This document shows, in pieces, positions 36,037 to 46,736 of a DNA stretch of 64,000 nt. The stretch spans positions 582,410 to 646,409 of the forward strand of contig OZ246404.1 in NCBI GenBank assembly GCA_965230955.1. Direction: 5' to 3'. The position numbers were made by a program, and so were the translations under genes. The stretch comes from an uncultured Candidatus Saccharibacteria bacterium. GTDB lineage: Bacteria > Patescibacteriota > CALEFQ01. A model generated the notes under the pieces. It was not told the origin of the DNA, made no database searches, and was given only the letters and a program-made list of their open reading frames with translations. Numbering within the stretch: position 1 is the first letter of the stretch; each line of letters begins with the position of its first letter.

Positions 36037-38571
36037 TTATTTTATTTTCGGCTGACGATGAAGATTGAAAAATTTAAAGAGTTCAAACCATAAAACACTG
36101 ATCAAACCGGCGCCGGCACACACCAGTATATCCCAAATATTCAAAGCTTCAAAATAAAACAGCTTTTGCAACCACGGTACATAAATCACCAAGGCCAAAC
36201 AACCGACCGCCAAGGAAATGATCAACCACAGGAAACGATTCGGCATTTTCAAACTACTCAGAGCCGTGCGCGACCAAGACCGATTAATCATAATCAAACC
36301 CAGATTTCCCACGATCAGTGTGGTAAAAGTCAAGGCACGAATTTTACCCTCAGGCAAATTCAACAATTGAGCGCTGATAAAAACAGCCATGACAAAAAGG
36401 GAAACCACCAGCCCCTGAGAAAAACTGATAAGGCCGACCCGGCGGCTGAAAAGCGGCTGGCGCTGATCGCGGGGCGGCCGGCGCATCACGTCCAATTCAC
36501 CTCGTTCCGCCTCAAAAATCAGAGAACAGGCCGGATCGATTACCAGTTCCAAAAAAGCGATATGCACCGGGAAAAGAACCAGCGGCCAGTTAAAAAACAC
36601 CGGTAGTAACGACACGGCAATAATTGGAATGTGCACCGAAAAAATATACGCCATCGCTTTCTTGAGGTTGTCAAAAATTTTCCGTCCCAGCCTGACACCG
36701 GCCACAATCGACGTAAAATTATCGTCGAGCAGGATGATCGAGGCCGATTCCTTGGCCACATCTGTTCCCCGCTGTCCCATCGCTACCCCGATATGCGCTG
36801 ATTTTAGCGCCGGGGCATCATTCACTCCGTCACCGGTCATCGCCACAATTTCGCCGCCGGCTTTTAGGGCTTGAACTATTTTCCACTTTTGCTCCGGCAT
36901 GATCCTGGCAAAGACACTGATATTTTTTATTCTTTTTTGTAATTCAGGAACGGACATTTCACTCAAGGCCGGGCCGGTAATGACTGTTTGTGGATTTTGC
37001 AGGCCGATTTGGCCGGCAATATTAATGGCGGTTTGGGGATAATCACCGGTAATCATGACCACTCTGATACCGGCCCGATAGCATTCCTGCACGGCCGCCG
37101 GTACGTTTTCGCGGATCGGATCAGCCAAACCAATCAAACCGAGAAATTTAAAGGGAAAATCATGCTGCTGTTGGGGTAAAATTTCTTGGCTGAACGTCGC
37201 TTCCGCCACACCCAAAACGCGCAATCCCTGTCCGGCCATATTTTCAACGGCAAGCATCGCCTTGTCCTTTTCCTCCGTACCCAAATGGCACAAATCGATG
37301 ATTGCTTCCGGCGATCCCTTCGCGGCAATCAAATATTGATCACGGCTCGTCGATTTCCAGACATGCGACACCGACAGCAAGCTCCTGGAGAGCGGATATT
37401 GTTTGACGAGAGTCTCACCGTTATGCCAATGATCGGTCTTGACCAGATGATGATGGCCAAAGTCCCTGATAGCTTTCTCTGTCGGATCATATGGCTTGGG
37501 CTGTCCGGCCAGAACGGCATATTCGGCCAACCGATGAAAATATTCCGGCAACTCCCCTCGATCTTCATGATACCGGCCAGCCGCATAAATTTTCGCGACC
37601 GCCATCTTGTTTTGCGTCACCGTTCCGGTTTTATCAACGGCCAAAACAGTCGTTTCTCCCAGCGACTCGATGGCGGAAATACGCCGAGTTAAAACCTGCT
37701 TTTTAGACAAACGCCAAGCGCCCAGCGCCAAAAAAACGGTCATCACTACCGGAAATTCTTCCGGCAGAACCGACATGCTCATGGCAATACCGCCAAGCAG
37801 AGCTCCGAGAAAATCTCCCCGAGTCAGCCAATAAACCAGCACAAACAGCAAGCAAAAACCGGCCCCGGCGATAGTAAAAGTGATTACCAATTTTCTGGTT
37901 TCCCGCTGTACCGGAGCGGTTTCCGACTTGATCGTCTTGACCGCCTGGCCAATTTTGCCTATTTCAGTCTCGATACCTATTTTCCGCACCAGCGCCCGAG
38001 CTTGTCCGGCCACCACCAAAGTACCGGAATAAACCCACTCCGGCTGAACTTCTTTTTTTTCATCGGCTCTGTGATCGGACCGTTTGTGGACAGGCAAAGA
38101 TTCGCCGGTCAGCAAAGATTCGTCGACGGTCAGATTGTCAGACGCAATAATTACCGAGTCGGCGGGAACTCGGTCACCCTCTTTAATTACAATCAAATCC
38201 CCGGGAACCAATTCTCGACCCGGTATCTGTCGCTCTACTCCATCGCGAACAACCGTGGCATGCGGCGCCGACAACTCGCGCAAAGCGGCCAGCGCTTTTT
38301 CTGTTTTTTTCTCTTGATAATAAGTAATCCAAATGACTACCGTCACAAATACTAGTAAAATCAGAGCTTCCGACAGAGAGCCCAAGGCCAAATAAAGCGC
38401 CCCGGCCGCTAACAGCAGTATAAACATCGGCTCGCGCAGCACTTCCAAAAATATTTTCCACCCCCGATTGGCTTTCTGCGACGGCAACTCATTCCAACCA
38501 AATTTACCCTGCAGTTCACGAGCCCGGGCCTCGGTCAATCCTTCTTTTTTTTCTATCGTCTCCTGGCTCAT
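36037..38571 (-). CDS. Cation-transporting P-type ATPase (type II, Ca2+/Mg2+-like)
   Basis: DKTGTVTQN phosphorylation site, MITGD, GDGVNDAPALK, ten TM segments; 844 aa. Confidence 0.85.
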   Translation of the reverse strand: MSQETIEKKEGLTEARARELQGKFGWNELPSQKANRGWKIFLEVLREPMFILLLAAGALYLALGSLSEALILLVFVTVVIWITYYQEKKTEKALAALRELSAPHATVVRDGVERQIPGRELVPGDLIVIKEGDRVPADSVIIASDNLTVDESLLTGESLPVHKRSDHRADEKKEVQPEWVYSGTLVVAGQARALVRKIGIETEIGKIGQAVKTIKSETAPVQRETRKLVITFTIAGAGFCLLFVLVYWLTRGDFLGALLGGIAMSMSVLPEEFPVVMTVFLALGAWRLSKKQVLTRRISAIESLGETTVLAVDKTGTVTQNKMAVAKIYAAGRYHEDRGELPEYFHRLAEYAVLAGQPKPYDPTEKAIRDFGHHHLVKTDHWHNGETLVKQYPLSRSLLSVSHVWKSTSRDQYLIAAKGSPEAIIDLCHLGTEEKDKAMLAVENMAGQGLRVLGVAEATFSQEILPQQQHDFPFKFLGLIGLADPIRENVPAAVQECYRAGIRVVMITGDYPQTAINIAGQIGLQNPQTVITGPALSEMSVPELQKRIKNISVFARIMPEQKWKIVQALKAGGEIVAMTGDGVNDAPALKSAHIGVAMGQRGTDVAKESASIILLDDNFTSIVAGVRLGRKIFDNLKKAMAYIFSVHIPIIAVSLLPVFFNWPLVLFPVHIAFLELVIDPACSLIFEAERGELDVMRRPPRDQRQPLFSRRVGLISFSQGLVVSLFVMAVFISAQLLNLPEGKIRALTFTTLIVGNLGLIMINRSWSRTALSSLKMPNRFLWLIISLAVGCLALVIYVPWLQKLFYFEALNIWDILVCAGAGLISVLWFELFKFFNLHRQPKIK

Positions 38572-38583
38572 AGCCTGATTTAC

Positions 38584-39498
38584 CTATTTTAGAGACTCGG
38601 AAATAATTTTGGCATTTTGGGTTAAGGTTTCGAGATAACCCTGCCCCTCTTGGCCCGCCCCCAGCGGATCCAACACCTGAACCCGGATGCCGAGATCGGT
38701 CAAAAAAGCATCCAAGGCGGCAGTCGATAACTGCGGTTCACTGAAAATAGTTTTGACCTGGTAGCGCCGGACGGTTTCTTGCAATTCTTTCAGATACTGC
38801 GGCGTCGGTTCTTTGCCGGCCGATGGTTCAAAAGTGGCCGCGACTACCAAGTCCATTTCGGCCGCAAAATACTCCCAGGCGTCATGGAATGTTATAATTT
38901 TATCAGTTTTTATGCCGGCAAATTCTTGGCGGCTGGCTTCCTTGGCCAGCATCGCCTCTTGATTAAATTTTTCTAAGTTGGCCGCGTAGAATTCGGCGTT
39001 CGCCGGATCGATTGTTTGAAGTTTCGCTGTTATGTTGCGGGCTATTTGGCCGGCATTATCAAACGAGAGCCAGTAATGCGGATCATCCGGACCGGCCTCA
39101 TCGCTATCTTTATTGGCTCGTAGTGCGATACCATTATCCACCGTGACCAGTGTCGCCGGATCAGCCACCATTTCGCCGGCCCAATCATCCAAACCGTGGC
39201 CAATAGTGAAAACCGCCGCCGCTCCTTGTAATTTGGTCAATTCGGAAATGGTCGGTTCGAAAGTGTGTGGACTGGCCCCGGGAGGCAATAAAACCACGGC
39301 CGTAACTTTATCTCCGCCGATACTTTTGACAATCGATTGAAGCGGCGGGATCGAAACCGCCACTTTGACACCCGTATCAATCGGCGGTGATTGGAGCTGA
39401 GTCATTTTCGTCGGTGTCGAAGAACTGACCAAAAGCCACAAAGCGGCCAGGGTAATCGCCGTGACAACCAATATGAAGCTGAGCTGTGACCAGCGCAT
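38584..39498 (-). CDS. Metal ABC transporter substrate-binding protein (ZnuA/TroA family)
   Basis: Signal peptide, DPHYWL motif, cluster-9 SBP architecture. Confidence 0.7.
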   Translation of the reverse strand: MRWSQLSFILVVTAITLAALWLLVSSSTPTKMTQLQSPPIDTGVKVAVSIPPLQSIVKSIGGDKVTAVVLLPPGASPHTFEPTISELTKLQGAAAVFTIGHGLDDWAGEMVADPATLVTVDNGIALRANKDSDEAGPDDPHYWLSFDNAGQIARNITAKLQTIDPANAEFYAANLEKFNQEAMLAKEASRQEFAGIKTDKIITFHDAWEYFAAEMDLVVAATFEPSAGKEPTPQYLKELQETVRRYQVKTIFSEPQLSTAALDAFLTDLGIRVQVLDPLGAGQEGQGYLETLTQNAKIISESLK

Positions 39499-39603
39499 AA
39501 TTTGAAAATTATTCGATAATAGCTAAATTATACCTGATTGTGAGCCAAAAACAAATGGCTGATCTTTTTAGACCAGCCACTCTCTACATTCTCCCTCCTC
39601 AAT

Positions 39604-39948
39604 TTAATCCCCGGAAGATCTGATCGCCGCTTCCAACAAACCTTCAGTCAACTCATAAACATCAAGCACCAGCGCCAGAACAGGTTCTGAAAGATCCTCC
39701 CAAACCTCAATCCGATCACCGGTCTGCCACCTGACGATGTGCTTTGATTCTTTCACGGGCATCATCAAGTCCATACGCACCCATTCAACGGCATCTTCCT
39801 GGGAAGGAAATCGGAGCTTGATCGCCAAGGGCTCAAGCAGATACCCGCCCAGCCCCTGTTCGTCTTCACGAGAAAATACCACCGTCTTTTTTTCTGGCAC
39901 CCATAGAGCCATCCCGTCAACACCGATAAAGTGCTTTATAATGAACAC
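39604..39948 (-). CDS. Hypothetical protein
   Basis: 114 aa, no motif. Confidence 0.25.
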   Translation of the reverse strand: MFIIKHFIGVDGMALWVPEKKTVVFSREDEQGLGGYLLEPLAIKLRFPSQEDAVEWVRMDLMMPVKESKHIVRWQTGDRIEVWEDLSEPVLALVLDVYELTEGLLEAAIRSSGD

Positions 39949-40114
39949 AAAACCTCCTCTCTGGCTTGAAGTTGAGCCGCAATATCACCGTCTGATGGTG
40001 ACAGTATAATTGTAATTCAAAAAAAATCAAGGGGCGGAAGAGAAAAATCAGGTTCGAATAATAAATAAGAAAAAACTGCCCGGCGAAAGTATCGCGAGGC
40101 AGCAGCTGGAAAAA

Positions 40115-40462
40115 CTAGGGATTGTAATGTCCCGGCCGACGCGCCCATTCGGCTCGAAGCGCGTCAAAGCTTTTCGGAATTTTTTGGGCATGAAGCAGTG
40201 AGCACAAGTCGGGATAGCCCAGACAACGCACCCAATCAAGATTCACGCCGAGAAATCGACATGTATCGCCTCGGTGCGGACACCCCCGTTTCTGACACTT
40301 CACTTCGTCCCATTGCCGGCAAGATTGATCAATGGCGCGCTGCTCAGACAAAGAAATTTCTTGCCCGAAATAAACTTTCCGCAACACGCTCTCGATCGTG
40401 TCGAACAAATGATTGACCGGCGATTCGCAAGTACTGAACATACCTCCTGACATAATCGACAC
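40115..40462 (-). CDS. Cys-rich hypothetical protein
   Basis: Seven Cys including CQKRGCPHRGDTC. Confidence 0.25.
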   Translation of the reverse strand: MSIMSGGMFSTCESPVNHLFDTIESVLRKVYFGQEISLSEQRAIDQSCRQWDEVKCQKRGCPHRGDTCRFLGVNLDWVRCLGYPDLCSLLHAQKIPKSFDALRAEWARRPGHYNP

Positions 40463-40508
40463 CTCCTTCTGCTTTTCTATCGGTTAGTATCCAAATATTG
40501 CTAAAGAC

Positions 40509-41861
40509 TTATTTAGTCGTCAAATCCTCCGCCGGCGTTCCGTCTACCGGGATTTCTTCCGGTAGCGGGAAAACCTCTTGTTCCGGGAAATAATAATGCA
40601 GCTGCTTGTAATTTTCCCGTTCCAAAAAATGGATCGCCCCCGGCGCGGTCTCGCCCAGGCGCTTAAGCTTATCCGCCATCAAGCCGTCGCGCTTGGCCAG
40701 ATCAGTCGCAGTGAAAAATTCATGGCCGCTCAAGAAACCGCTGGCGTTATAAATCATCAAGGCGACAGTCAAAGCCGAGAGAAAAACATAGCCGGCCACT
40801 CGACCGATCTTGGGCCAAACCACCCTCATTTCATCAGAAAACCAGATCAGCCCCCAGGCCAGAACCAGGATCAGCGCCGGTATAAATGAGAGCAGGTACC
40901 CCCGCTCGCCGATATGGATAAAAATATAAAATAGAATCGGCGGGATCGCCCACAGTCCCAGAGTTGCCAGGCGCGGATCGTTTTTTATTTTCCGAGGCGA
41001 GATCAAGTAACCGGCAAAGAAAATCACGAGCGATGTGCCTTTCAGCGAATCGGTTAAAAATTGCATGAATAAATTATAATTAGCGCGGAGCCCTCCCGCT
41101 CCCTGCTCGGCCACCGAGAAACTGCCGACATAGCCGACCTGGGAAAACATCGCCTGGAAAAAGCTGCCGAATCCGCCGGTCCAGAAAATTGTCCCCAATA
41201 GCCAAGCGGAACAGACAGCGATCACGATTCCCCAGGCTTTCCAAAAATACGGCCGGCCGAATTTGAGCGTGACATATAGCCAAAACGGGATCAGAAAGAG
41301 CAAAACATCTTGACGGAAGCCGCCGACAAAAGCGAGAGTAAAACTACCCCAATAAAGATATTTTATATTATTTGGATTCTTGATGAATTTGTAGCCGATC
41401 AGAACGACCACCATCATCAAAAAACACAACAGAGTATAGCTCATGGCGATTTCCGAATTGGCCCAGAAAACCTTACCAAAAATCAGAATCAGCGCCGCGA
41501 TCAAACCGACACGGCGATTAACCATTTCTTTGCCCAGTAAATACAAAACCACTACCGCCCCGGCTGACGCGATAATACTGATCCAAACCAAGGAGGCATT
41601 AACGTCACTGGTGAGCCAGGTCAGTATTTTAGCCGTCAACACATAAAGCACATATCCGGGCGGATGCGGCTCATGCGCCAGCATATCGAAATTCTGCGTC
41701 CCCAGCGCTACCGTACCCGAATCCCAGGCAAACAGATAGTGCGTCATATACGGCAGGCGAGAAACGATCGTAACCACCGCCAAAACCGCGGCAATCAAAA
41801 AATCAACCCCGGGCAGGGATTGCCAGATAGATGGCTTTGTGGTCTTAAATATTCCTGACAT
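40509..41861 (-). CDS. Polytopic GT-C-type glycosyltransferase (PMT/ArnT-like)
   Basis: About 12 TM segments with a conserved acidic motif in the first loop; 450 aa. Confidence 0.45.
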   Translation of the reverse strand: MSGIFKTTKPSIWQSLPGVDFLIAAVLAVVTIVSRLPYMTHYLFAWDSGTVALGTQNFDMLAHEPHPPGYVLYVLTAKILTWLTSDVNASLVWISIIASAGAVVVLYLLGKEMVNRRVGLIAALILIFGKVFWANSEIAMSYTLLCFLMMVVVLIGYKFIKNPNNIKYLYWGSFTLAFVGGFRQDVLLFLIPFWLYVTLKFGRPYFWKAWGIVIAVCSAWLLGTIFWTGGFGSFFQAMFSQVGYVGSFSVAEQGAGGLRANYNLFMQFLTDSLKGTSLVIFFAGYLISPRKIKNDPRLATLGLWAIPPILFYIFIHIGERGYLLSFIPALILVLAWGLIWFSDEMRVVWPKIGRVAGYVFLSALTVALMIYNASGFLSGHEFFTATDLAKRDGLMADKLKRLGETAPGAIHFLERENYKQLHYYFPEQEVFPLPEEIPVDGTPAEDLTTK

Positions 41862-41969
41862 ATTATTAGAAAAGTTTACTGAATTTAGTCAACTTTGTAA
41901 ATGAATAATCCGGCAACAATTTAAAATAAAAAAGGGCTCACGACATTCCATGAGCCCGAAACCATTCTC

Positions 41970-42437
41970 TTAAGCAACCGGCGCATTCTCCGAATCCGGA
42001 GATTGAGATTGCTTCTTCGTGTCAAAGTACGACGCACACGAAGAACATTCTTTCAATGCAATATGATACATTGCATCTTCCAACGCAGCGGCGGAGTCGA
42101 CAAATGAAGGACGGTGCATACCATCTTCCAGCTTTGGGGAACAGCCAACAAATCTTTGATCTGTTTCCGGAGCATTCGACCGATAATTCCAGTAGGCAAA
42201 AAATTGATCGATCTTCATCATGGCTTCCTTGCAACTTCCAGATTTGCTCGAGAATAACGTCATATGCAATACCAGAAAAAGACCAGTGATTAGACTTCCG
42301 TAAATGAACAAGGGATATATGACTGAAATTACCGTTGGCAAATCCGAACCATCTTTGGCACTGCCGTACATAGTAAGCAAACCGAGCCAAAGAAATACAA
42401 TTGCCACTGACTGCCACAAACTAAATCGATGCTTCAT
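41970..42437 (-). CDS. Hypothetical membrane protein
   Basis: Two or three TM segments then a Cys-containing soluble tail. Confidence 0.3.
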   Translation of the reverse strand: MKHRFSLWQSVAIVFLWLGLLTMYGSAKDGSDLPTVISVIYPLFIYGSLITGLFLVLHMTLFSSKSGSCKEAMMKIDQFFAYWNYRSNAPETDQRFVGCSPKLEDGMHRPSFVDSAAALEDAMYHIALKECSSCASYFDTKKQSQSPDSENAPVA

Positions 42438-42634
42438 CGAAACCTCCTATATCTGAGACGATGTCTCGGCGCGAGATGATGTTCTATCTATACTACAATA
42501 AACAAAGTTTGTCAATGACCGATGATAATGTGTACGATAGATTGCCATATAATAAACTACTACCACCAGATTACTGCAAACAAAAAAGCCCGTGGTTCTC
42601 AATGAGTCCACTGACGGCTTATGAAGCTAAAGAA

Positions 42635-42964
42635 TTATACCAAGCCTGATTCCTTAGCGAATTCGGCAAATGCCGGATCGGTAACCGGAATGAGATCTCC
42701 TACCTGGACAAAAAAAATGATTCGAGGATTAGTGTCTGCCGTGGCCGATTCCAGTTCGCTCTCCGAACACGCGATAACAGCGGACTTAGGATGACCTTTG
42801 CCGATCAGAATGACCGGCAAAAAACCTTCGGGCACACACGACCACGGAAATCCTGAATTTGATGGCGCTATTAGGCCCACTCGATACAGAAAGACTTCAT
42901 TGTTTTCATTCTTTGGGTTTACAAAATACCCCATTTTGACCTCCTCTTGAGTTGTCGGCGACAA
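42635..42964 (-). CDS. Hypothetical protein
   Basis: 109 aa, no motif. Confidence 0.25.
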   Translation of the reverse strand: MSPTTQEEVKMGYFVNPKNENNEVFLYRVGLIAPSNSGFPWSCVPEGFLPVILIGKGHPKSAVIACSESELESATADTNPRIIFFVQVGDLIPVTDPAFAEFAKESGLV

Positions 42965-43030
42965 AAAACATCACCGATTTACCAGTGATGCTATCACAAA
43001 TATAGTTTTTGTCAACTGATAAACAAATGC

Positions 43031-43927
43031 TCAATTCCCCACCAGCTCCGCCGGGAAAAAGCGGTCAAACGCCAGCCAGGAAGCGACGTCAAAATGTTTT
43101 AGGGCATAGGCGAAAACAGGGACGACACAGCCGCAAGTATTGCACTTAACACCAGCGCCAATCGTGCAGGGCTTTTTTATATTCAGATTGGCATCAAAAG
43201 CAATGAAACTTCGGCCCGTGAAATAGCAATTTTTATGATATTTCTTCTCGCGCCAAGATTTGATCATATAAGGAGTGATCAAAACGATATCTTTGTTTTG
43301 GCGGTAAAGTTCCAGGAGCTTATTTATCGTCCAATCCAATTTTTCTGCCTGTAGCAGCAGAGGATCTTCCTCGCCTCGATGCGAAGTATAGGTGCTGAAA
43401 GTGATTCCGGCCACACCGCTCTCTCGAGCAATACGAACCAAATCCTCGACATAACGATAATTATTCGTCGTCAAGGTTGGGGCAAGTATCACCCGCTTAT
43501 CGTTTTTGACATTGGCCATTACTTTCCGGAAAACATCCGCTCCCCTTATCTTGTTATGGACCGCTTCCGGCCCGTCGATACTGACCGCAATCCGCCGCCT
43601 GATTTTTGGATCCACTTTTATGACTCCGTTTGATACCAGCATCATCGATGGAAATATTTTGTCCGCCGCCTCGATTAAACGCGGGCGCAACGTCGGTTCC
43701 CCGCCGGTGAGATAAGCGGTATTCGCACCTTTCGCCCGGTGGTCTTTAAATACCTGTATCCAAGTCTCGTCCGACAATTCTTTGGAAGAATTGTAAGTTT
43801 TTTTCCAATAACAATGCTCGCACTCGAGATTACAGCGCGAGGTGATATCGTAATTGACAACGCGGGGAAAATCTTGTTTTTTCAGCGCTGCCGATGCAAA
43901 TTGGGCAAAACGAGTTAATTTCGACAT
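43031..43927 (-). CDS. Radical SAM protein with C-terminal Cys-rich (SPASM-like) region
   Basis: CNLECEHC radical-SAM motif; C-terminal CTIGAGVKCNTCGC. Confidence 0.65.
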   Translation of the reverse strand: MSKLTRFAQFASAALKKQDFPRVVNYDITSRCNLECEHCYWKKTYNSSKELSDETWIQVFKDHRAKGANTAYLTGGEPTLRPRLIEAADKIFPSMMLVSNGVIKVDPKIRRRIAVSIDGPEAVHNKIRGADVFRKVMANVKNDKRVILAPTLTTNNYRYVEDLVRIARESGVAGITFSTYTSHRGEEDPLLLQAEKLDWTINKLLELYRQNKDIVLITPYMIKSWREKKYHKNCYFTGRSFIAFDANLNIKKPCTIGAGVKCNTCGCVVPVFAYALKHFDVASWLAFDRFFPAELVGN

Positions 43928-44022
43928 AGTTTTAGAGGACCCGTCTATTATACACGGGGAGGCATAAAAAGACAGGTAAATAGAAGAGTGGTCGTTAATT
44001 CCCCGCTGATTTGGATGAAAAA

Positions 44023-44679
44023 TTAAAAGAAAAATTTCACGCCACGGAAGAGTAACAACACGGCAAACCCGATGAATATAATGGAAACGATATACTTGCC
44101 GCACTTTACCATAAACCGATTAACTTTGTTCAAGAGAAGAGTGGCAGTATGAGGGAAAATCAGCGTCAGTAGAAGCGGGAGTAACACCGGCGCGGTGAAG
44201 CAAATCATACTGAAAGCTATCAAAAAAATATTGCCCCCACCCGAAAGATTGGCGACACTGATCTCTTTGGCACCGGCAAAAATTAGAAATAGAGCGTCAA
44301 TATTGAGAATATTAAGAACAAAACCCAGCATCAAACTGCGCCAGACAAGGTGAGATGTCTGAGATTGATCCCCCTTAGCTCTTTCGCCCTTGGAGCGCAG
44401 GGCTTTGATGGCGAAGAAGACAAACAGCATTCCCAGTGCCAAATCAATAATGGCCGAGACGACAGAGGGACCGCTCTCAGGGACGGTCACTTGCCCGACA
44501 AAAAATCCGGCAATCGCCACCGGGATTCCCAGTACCAGCATCCCCAACATAAAAGCCAGGGTCCGTAATTTCGGGCGCAGTGACGAACTCAGATAAAAAA
44601 TCGCCAGCACCAAAAACATTGGACTGGCAAAAAGCAAGGCGACATCAAGCGGGATAATTTTGGCGAGAAATTCGTACAT
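44023..44679 (-). CDS. Hypothetical membrane protein
   Basis: Six TM segments. Confidence 0.3.
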   Translation of the reverse strand: MYEFLAKIIPLDVALLFASPMFLVLAIFYLSSSLRPKLRTLAFMLGMLVLGIPVAIAGFFVGQVTVPESGPSVVSAIIDLALGMLFVFFAIKALRSKGERAKGDQSQTSHLVWRSLMLGFVLNILNIDALFLIFAGAKEISVANLSGGGNIFLIAFSMICFTAPVLLPLLLTLIFPHTATLLLNKVNRFMVKCGKYIVSIIFIGFAVLLLFRGVKFFF

Positions 44680-44882
44680 AAATTAACTAAGACGGGATTT
44701 AGGTCCCCTATATACGGGTACTGGCTCCAGTATAACTCTTTTCCGGACATCTTTCCAGAAACACTTTGATACGTCTTGGGCAGAATACGCCAAGACGGTC
44801 GGCGGCTTATTTCCGTATTTTAACTTGATAACATCCTACGCGGTCATATGGCATCAGACAGTTTCAACTGCAATCTTCATCA

Positions 44883-44923
44883 AAAAAAGCCCGGCAGTGA
44901 AAACACTGTCGGGCAAAAATTTG
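44883..44923 (-). terminator. Rho-independent terminator of argS
   Basis: gcccgacagtg tttt cactgccgggc followed by a T-run on the minus strand. Confidence 0.55.
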
Positions 44924-44927
44924 AACA

Positions 44928-46736
44928 TCACATTTTATCCGGAACGGGAATCGAAAGCAATTTTAGTGCGTTGGTCATGGTGATCAGAGTCGCTTTCAGT
45001 AGACCAACTCTGGCCGCTTGCAAAGCCGGCTCTGATCGAACCACCGAATGTTTGTGGTAAAAGGTGTTGACCAGCTTTGACAACCCGAGAACATAACGAG
45101 GAATCAGCGCGGTATCATAATGAGTAGCTGCTGTGATCACCGTATGGGGGAAATCCGCGATTGTCCGTAGAAGCGCTTTTTCTTCGCCCGAATCCAACTT
45201 TCCGTAATCCAAGACAGGATTAGAATCCTCGGTTGTGATTTTAGCTAGGATGCTTCCGATCCTGGTCACCGTATACTGAATATATGGCCCGGTATCACCT
45301 TGAAGATTGAGCGACTTGGCGGGATCAAACGTCATTCCGATTCGCGGAGTCACCAAGAGGATATAGAAATTGATTGCGCCAATAGCTACTTGATGCGCAA
45401 TCTGTTTTGCTTCCGCTTCTGGCAGGGACTCCTCTCTCTGACCGATCTTTTCCAGCACCATCTGCTCGATATCCTTCAGTAAGTCATCAGCGTCCACCAC
45501 CTTTCCTTCACGAGATTTCATCCGACCTTCCGGCAGTGATACCATCCCATAGGAAAAGTGATATAAGCCTTTGGCCCAGGGATAACCAAGCATTTCCATG
45601 ATTTTGAAAAGGCACTGGAAATGATGATTCTGCTCTTCCGCCACCACGTAAATCGATCGCGCCAGAGAAAATTCTTCCTGCTTAAGTACCGCGGTTCCGA
45701 TATCCTGGGTCGTGTAGAGAGCCGTACCATCGGCGCGCAACAAAGCCTTTTTGCCCAGATCTTTAAGATCAACCTGGACCGAGCCATCAGTGTCGTGAGT
45801 GAATATTCCGCGTTCGATTCCTTTGGCAACAATATCGCGTCCAAGACCGGAGGTCTTGGATTCATAGTACCATTTGTCAAACCCGACGCCATAAGCGAGG
45901 TAAGTTTCCCGAAAACCCGAAAGTACCCATTCGTTCATTTGCTGCCACAATTCCCGGACTGCTGGAACTCCTGCTTCCCATTGTCGCAACATCGTTCGCG
46001 CGGCAGTGCCGAATTCCGAATCAGGCAAGTTGAAAAATTTTTCTTTCTCTTTGCCCTCGGGAGGCTGTTTGGGATCAAACCCTTGTTGCTTGGCCCAGGA
46101 AATGTATTCCGCGTGAAAGTGTTTTTCGAACATGACGTAGTAATTGCCCACAAAATGATCACCTTTTTGGTTCTCACTTTGCGGAGTTTTACCGTCACCG
46201 AATTTCTGGTACGCTACCATGGACTTGCAGATATGGATACCGCGGTCGTTTACCAGGATCGCCGCCACGACATCAAACCCGGCGGCTCGCAGTAATTGGA
46301 TAAGAGACCAGCCCAAGGTGTTATTGCGGACGTGACCGAGATGCAGAGGCTTGTTGGTGTTCGGGGAGGAATATTCAACCATGACTCTCTCGCTCGTCTT
46401 TGATGCCTGCCCGTAGGCCGGGCCTTCTGACATGACCTGTTCGATCACCAGTTTGGCAAAAAAAGCCGAGTCCAAGGTAACATTGACGAAGGGGCCTGCA
46501 GCTTCCGCTGTGCCGACATAATCTTTGGCCGCTAGAAAACTAGCCAACGCTGTCGCTAATGACTTAGAATCGCGCTTGACCGGTTTGGCAAAACGGAAAC
46601 ACGGAATGGAAATATCGGCCGCGACGTGAGCGGGAGGTGCCTGTATTTCGACTGGCACATCAGCAGGAAGTTTTAGGGCATCATGGACATCAGCTCGAAC
46701 TTGATCGCGCAGTTTTTGGACGGTTGTTGTTTTCAT
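44928..46736 (-). CDS. argS: Arginine--tRNA ligase
   Basis: Class I HIGH (PNTNKPLHLGHVRN), KMSK-like motif, DALR anticodon-binding C-terminus; 602 aa. Confidence 0.9.
   Translation of the reverse strand: MKTTTVQKLRDQVRADVHDALKLPADVPVEIQAPPAHVAADISIPCFRFAKPVKRDSKSLATALASFLAAKDYVGTAEAAGPFVNVTLDSAFFAKLVIEQVMSEGPAYGQASKTSERVMVEYSSPNTNKPLHLGHVRNNTLGWSLIQLLRAAGFDVVAAILVNDRGIHICKSMVAYQKFGDGKTPQSENQKGDHFVGNYYVMFEKHFHAEYISWAKQQGFDPKQPPEGKEKEKFFNLPDSEFGTAARTMLRQWEAGVPAVRELWQQMNEWVLSGFRETYLAYGVGFDKWYYESKTSGLGRDIVAKGIERGIFTHDTDGSVQVDLKDLGKKALLRADGTALYTTQDIGTAVLKQEEFSLARSIYVVAEEQNHHFQCLFKIMEMLGYPWAKGLYHFSYGMVSLPEGRMKSREGKVVDADDLLKDIEQMVLEKIGQREESLPEAEAKQIAHQVAIGAINFYILLVTPRIGMTFDPAKSLNLQGDTGPYIQYTVTRIGSILAKITTEDSNPVLDYGKLDSGEEKALLRTIADFPHTVITAATHYDTALIPRYVLGLSKLVNTFYHKHSVVRSEPALQAARVGLLKATLITMTNALKLLSIPVPDKM

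Noticed and set aside
44740-44830. Hairpin cgtcttgg...ccaagacg upstream of the membrane protein and downstream of argS as a riboswitch or T-box
   Set aside because: Single short stem without the specifier or antiterminator features of a T-box or any riboswitch consensus I can recognise. Left unannotated.
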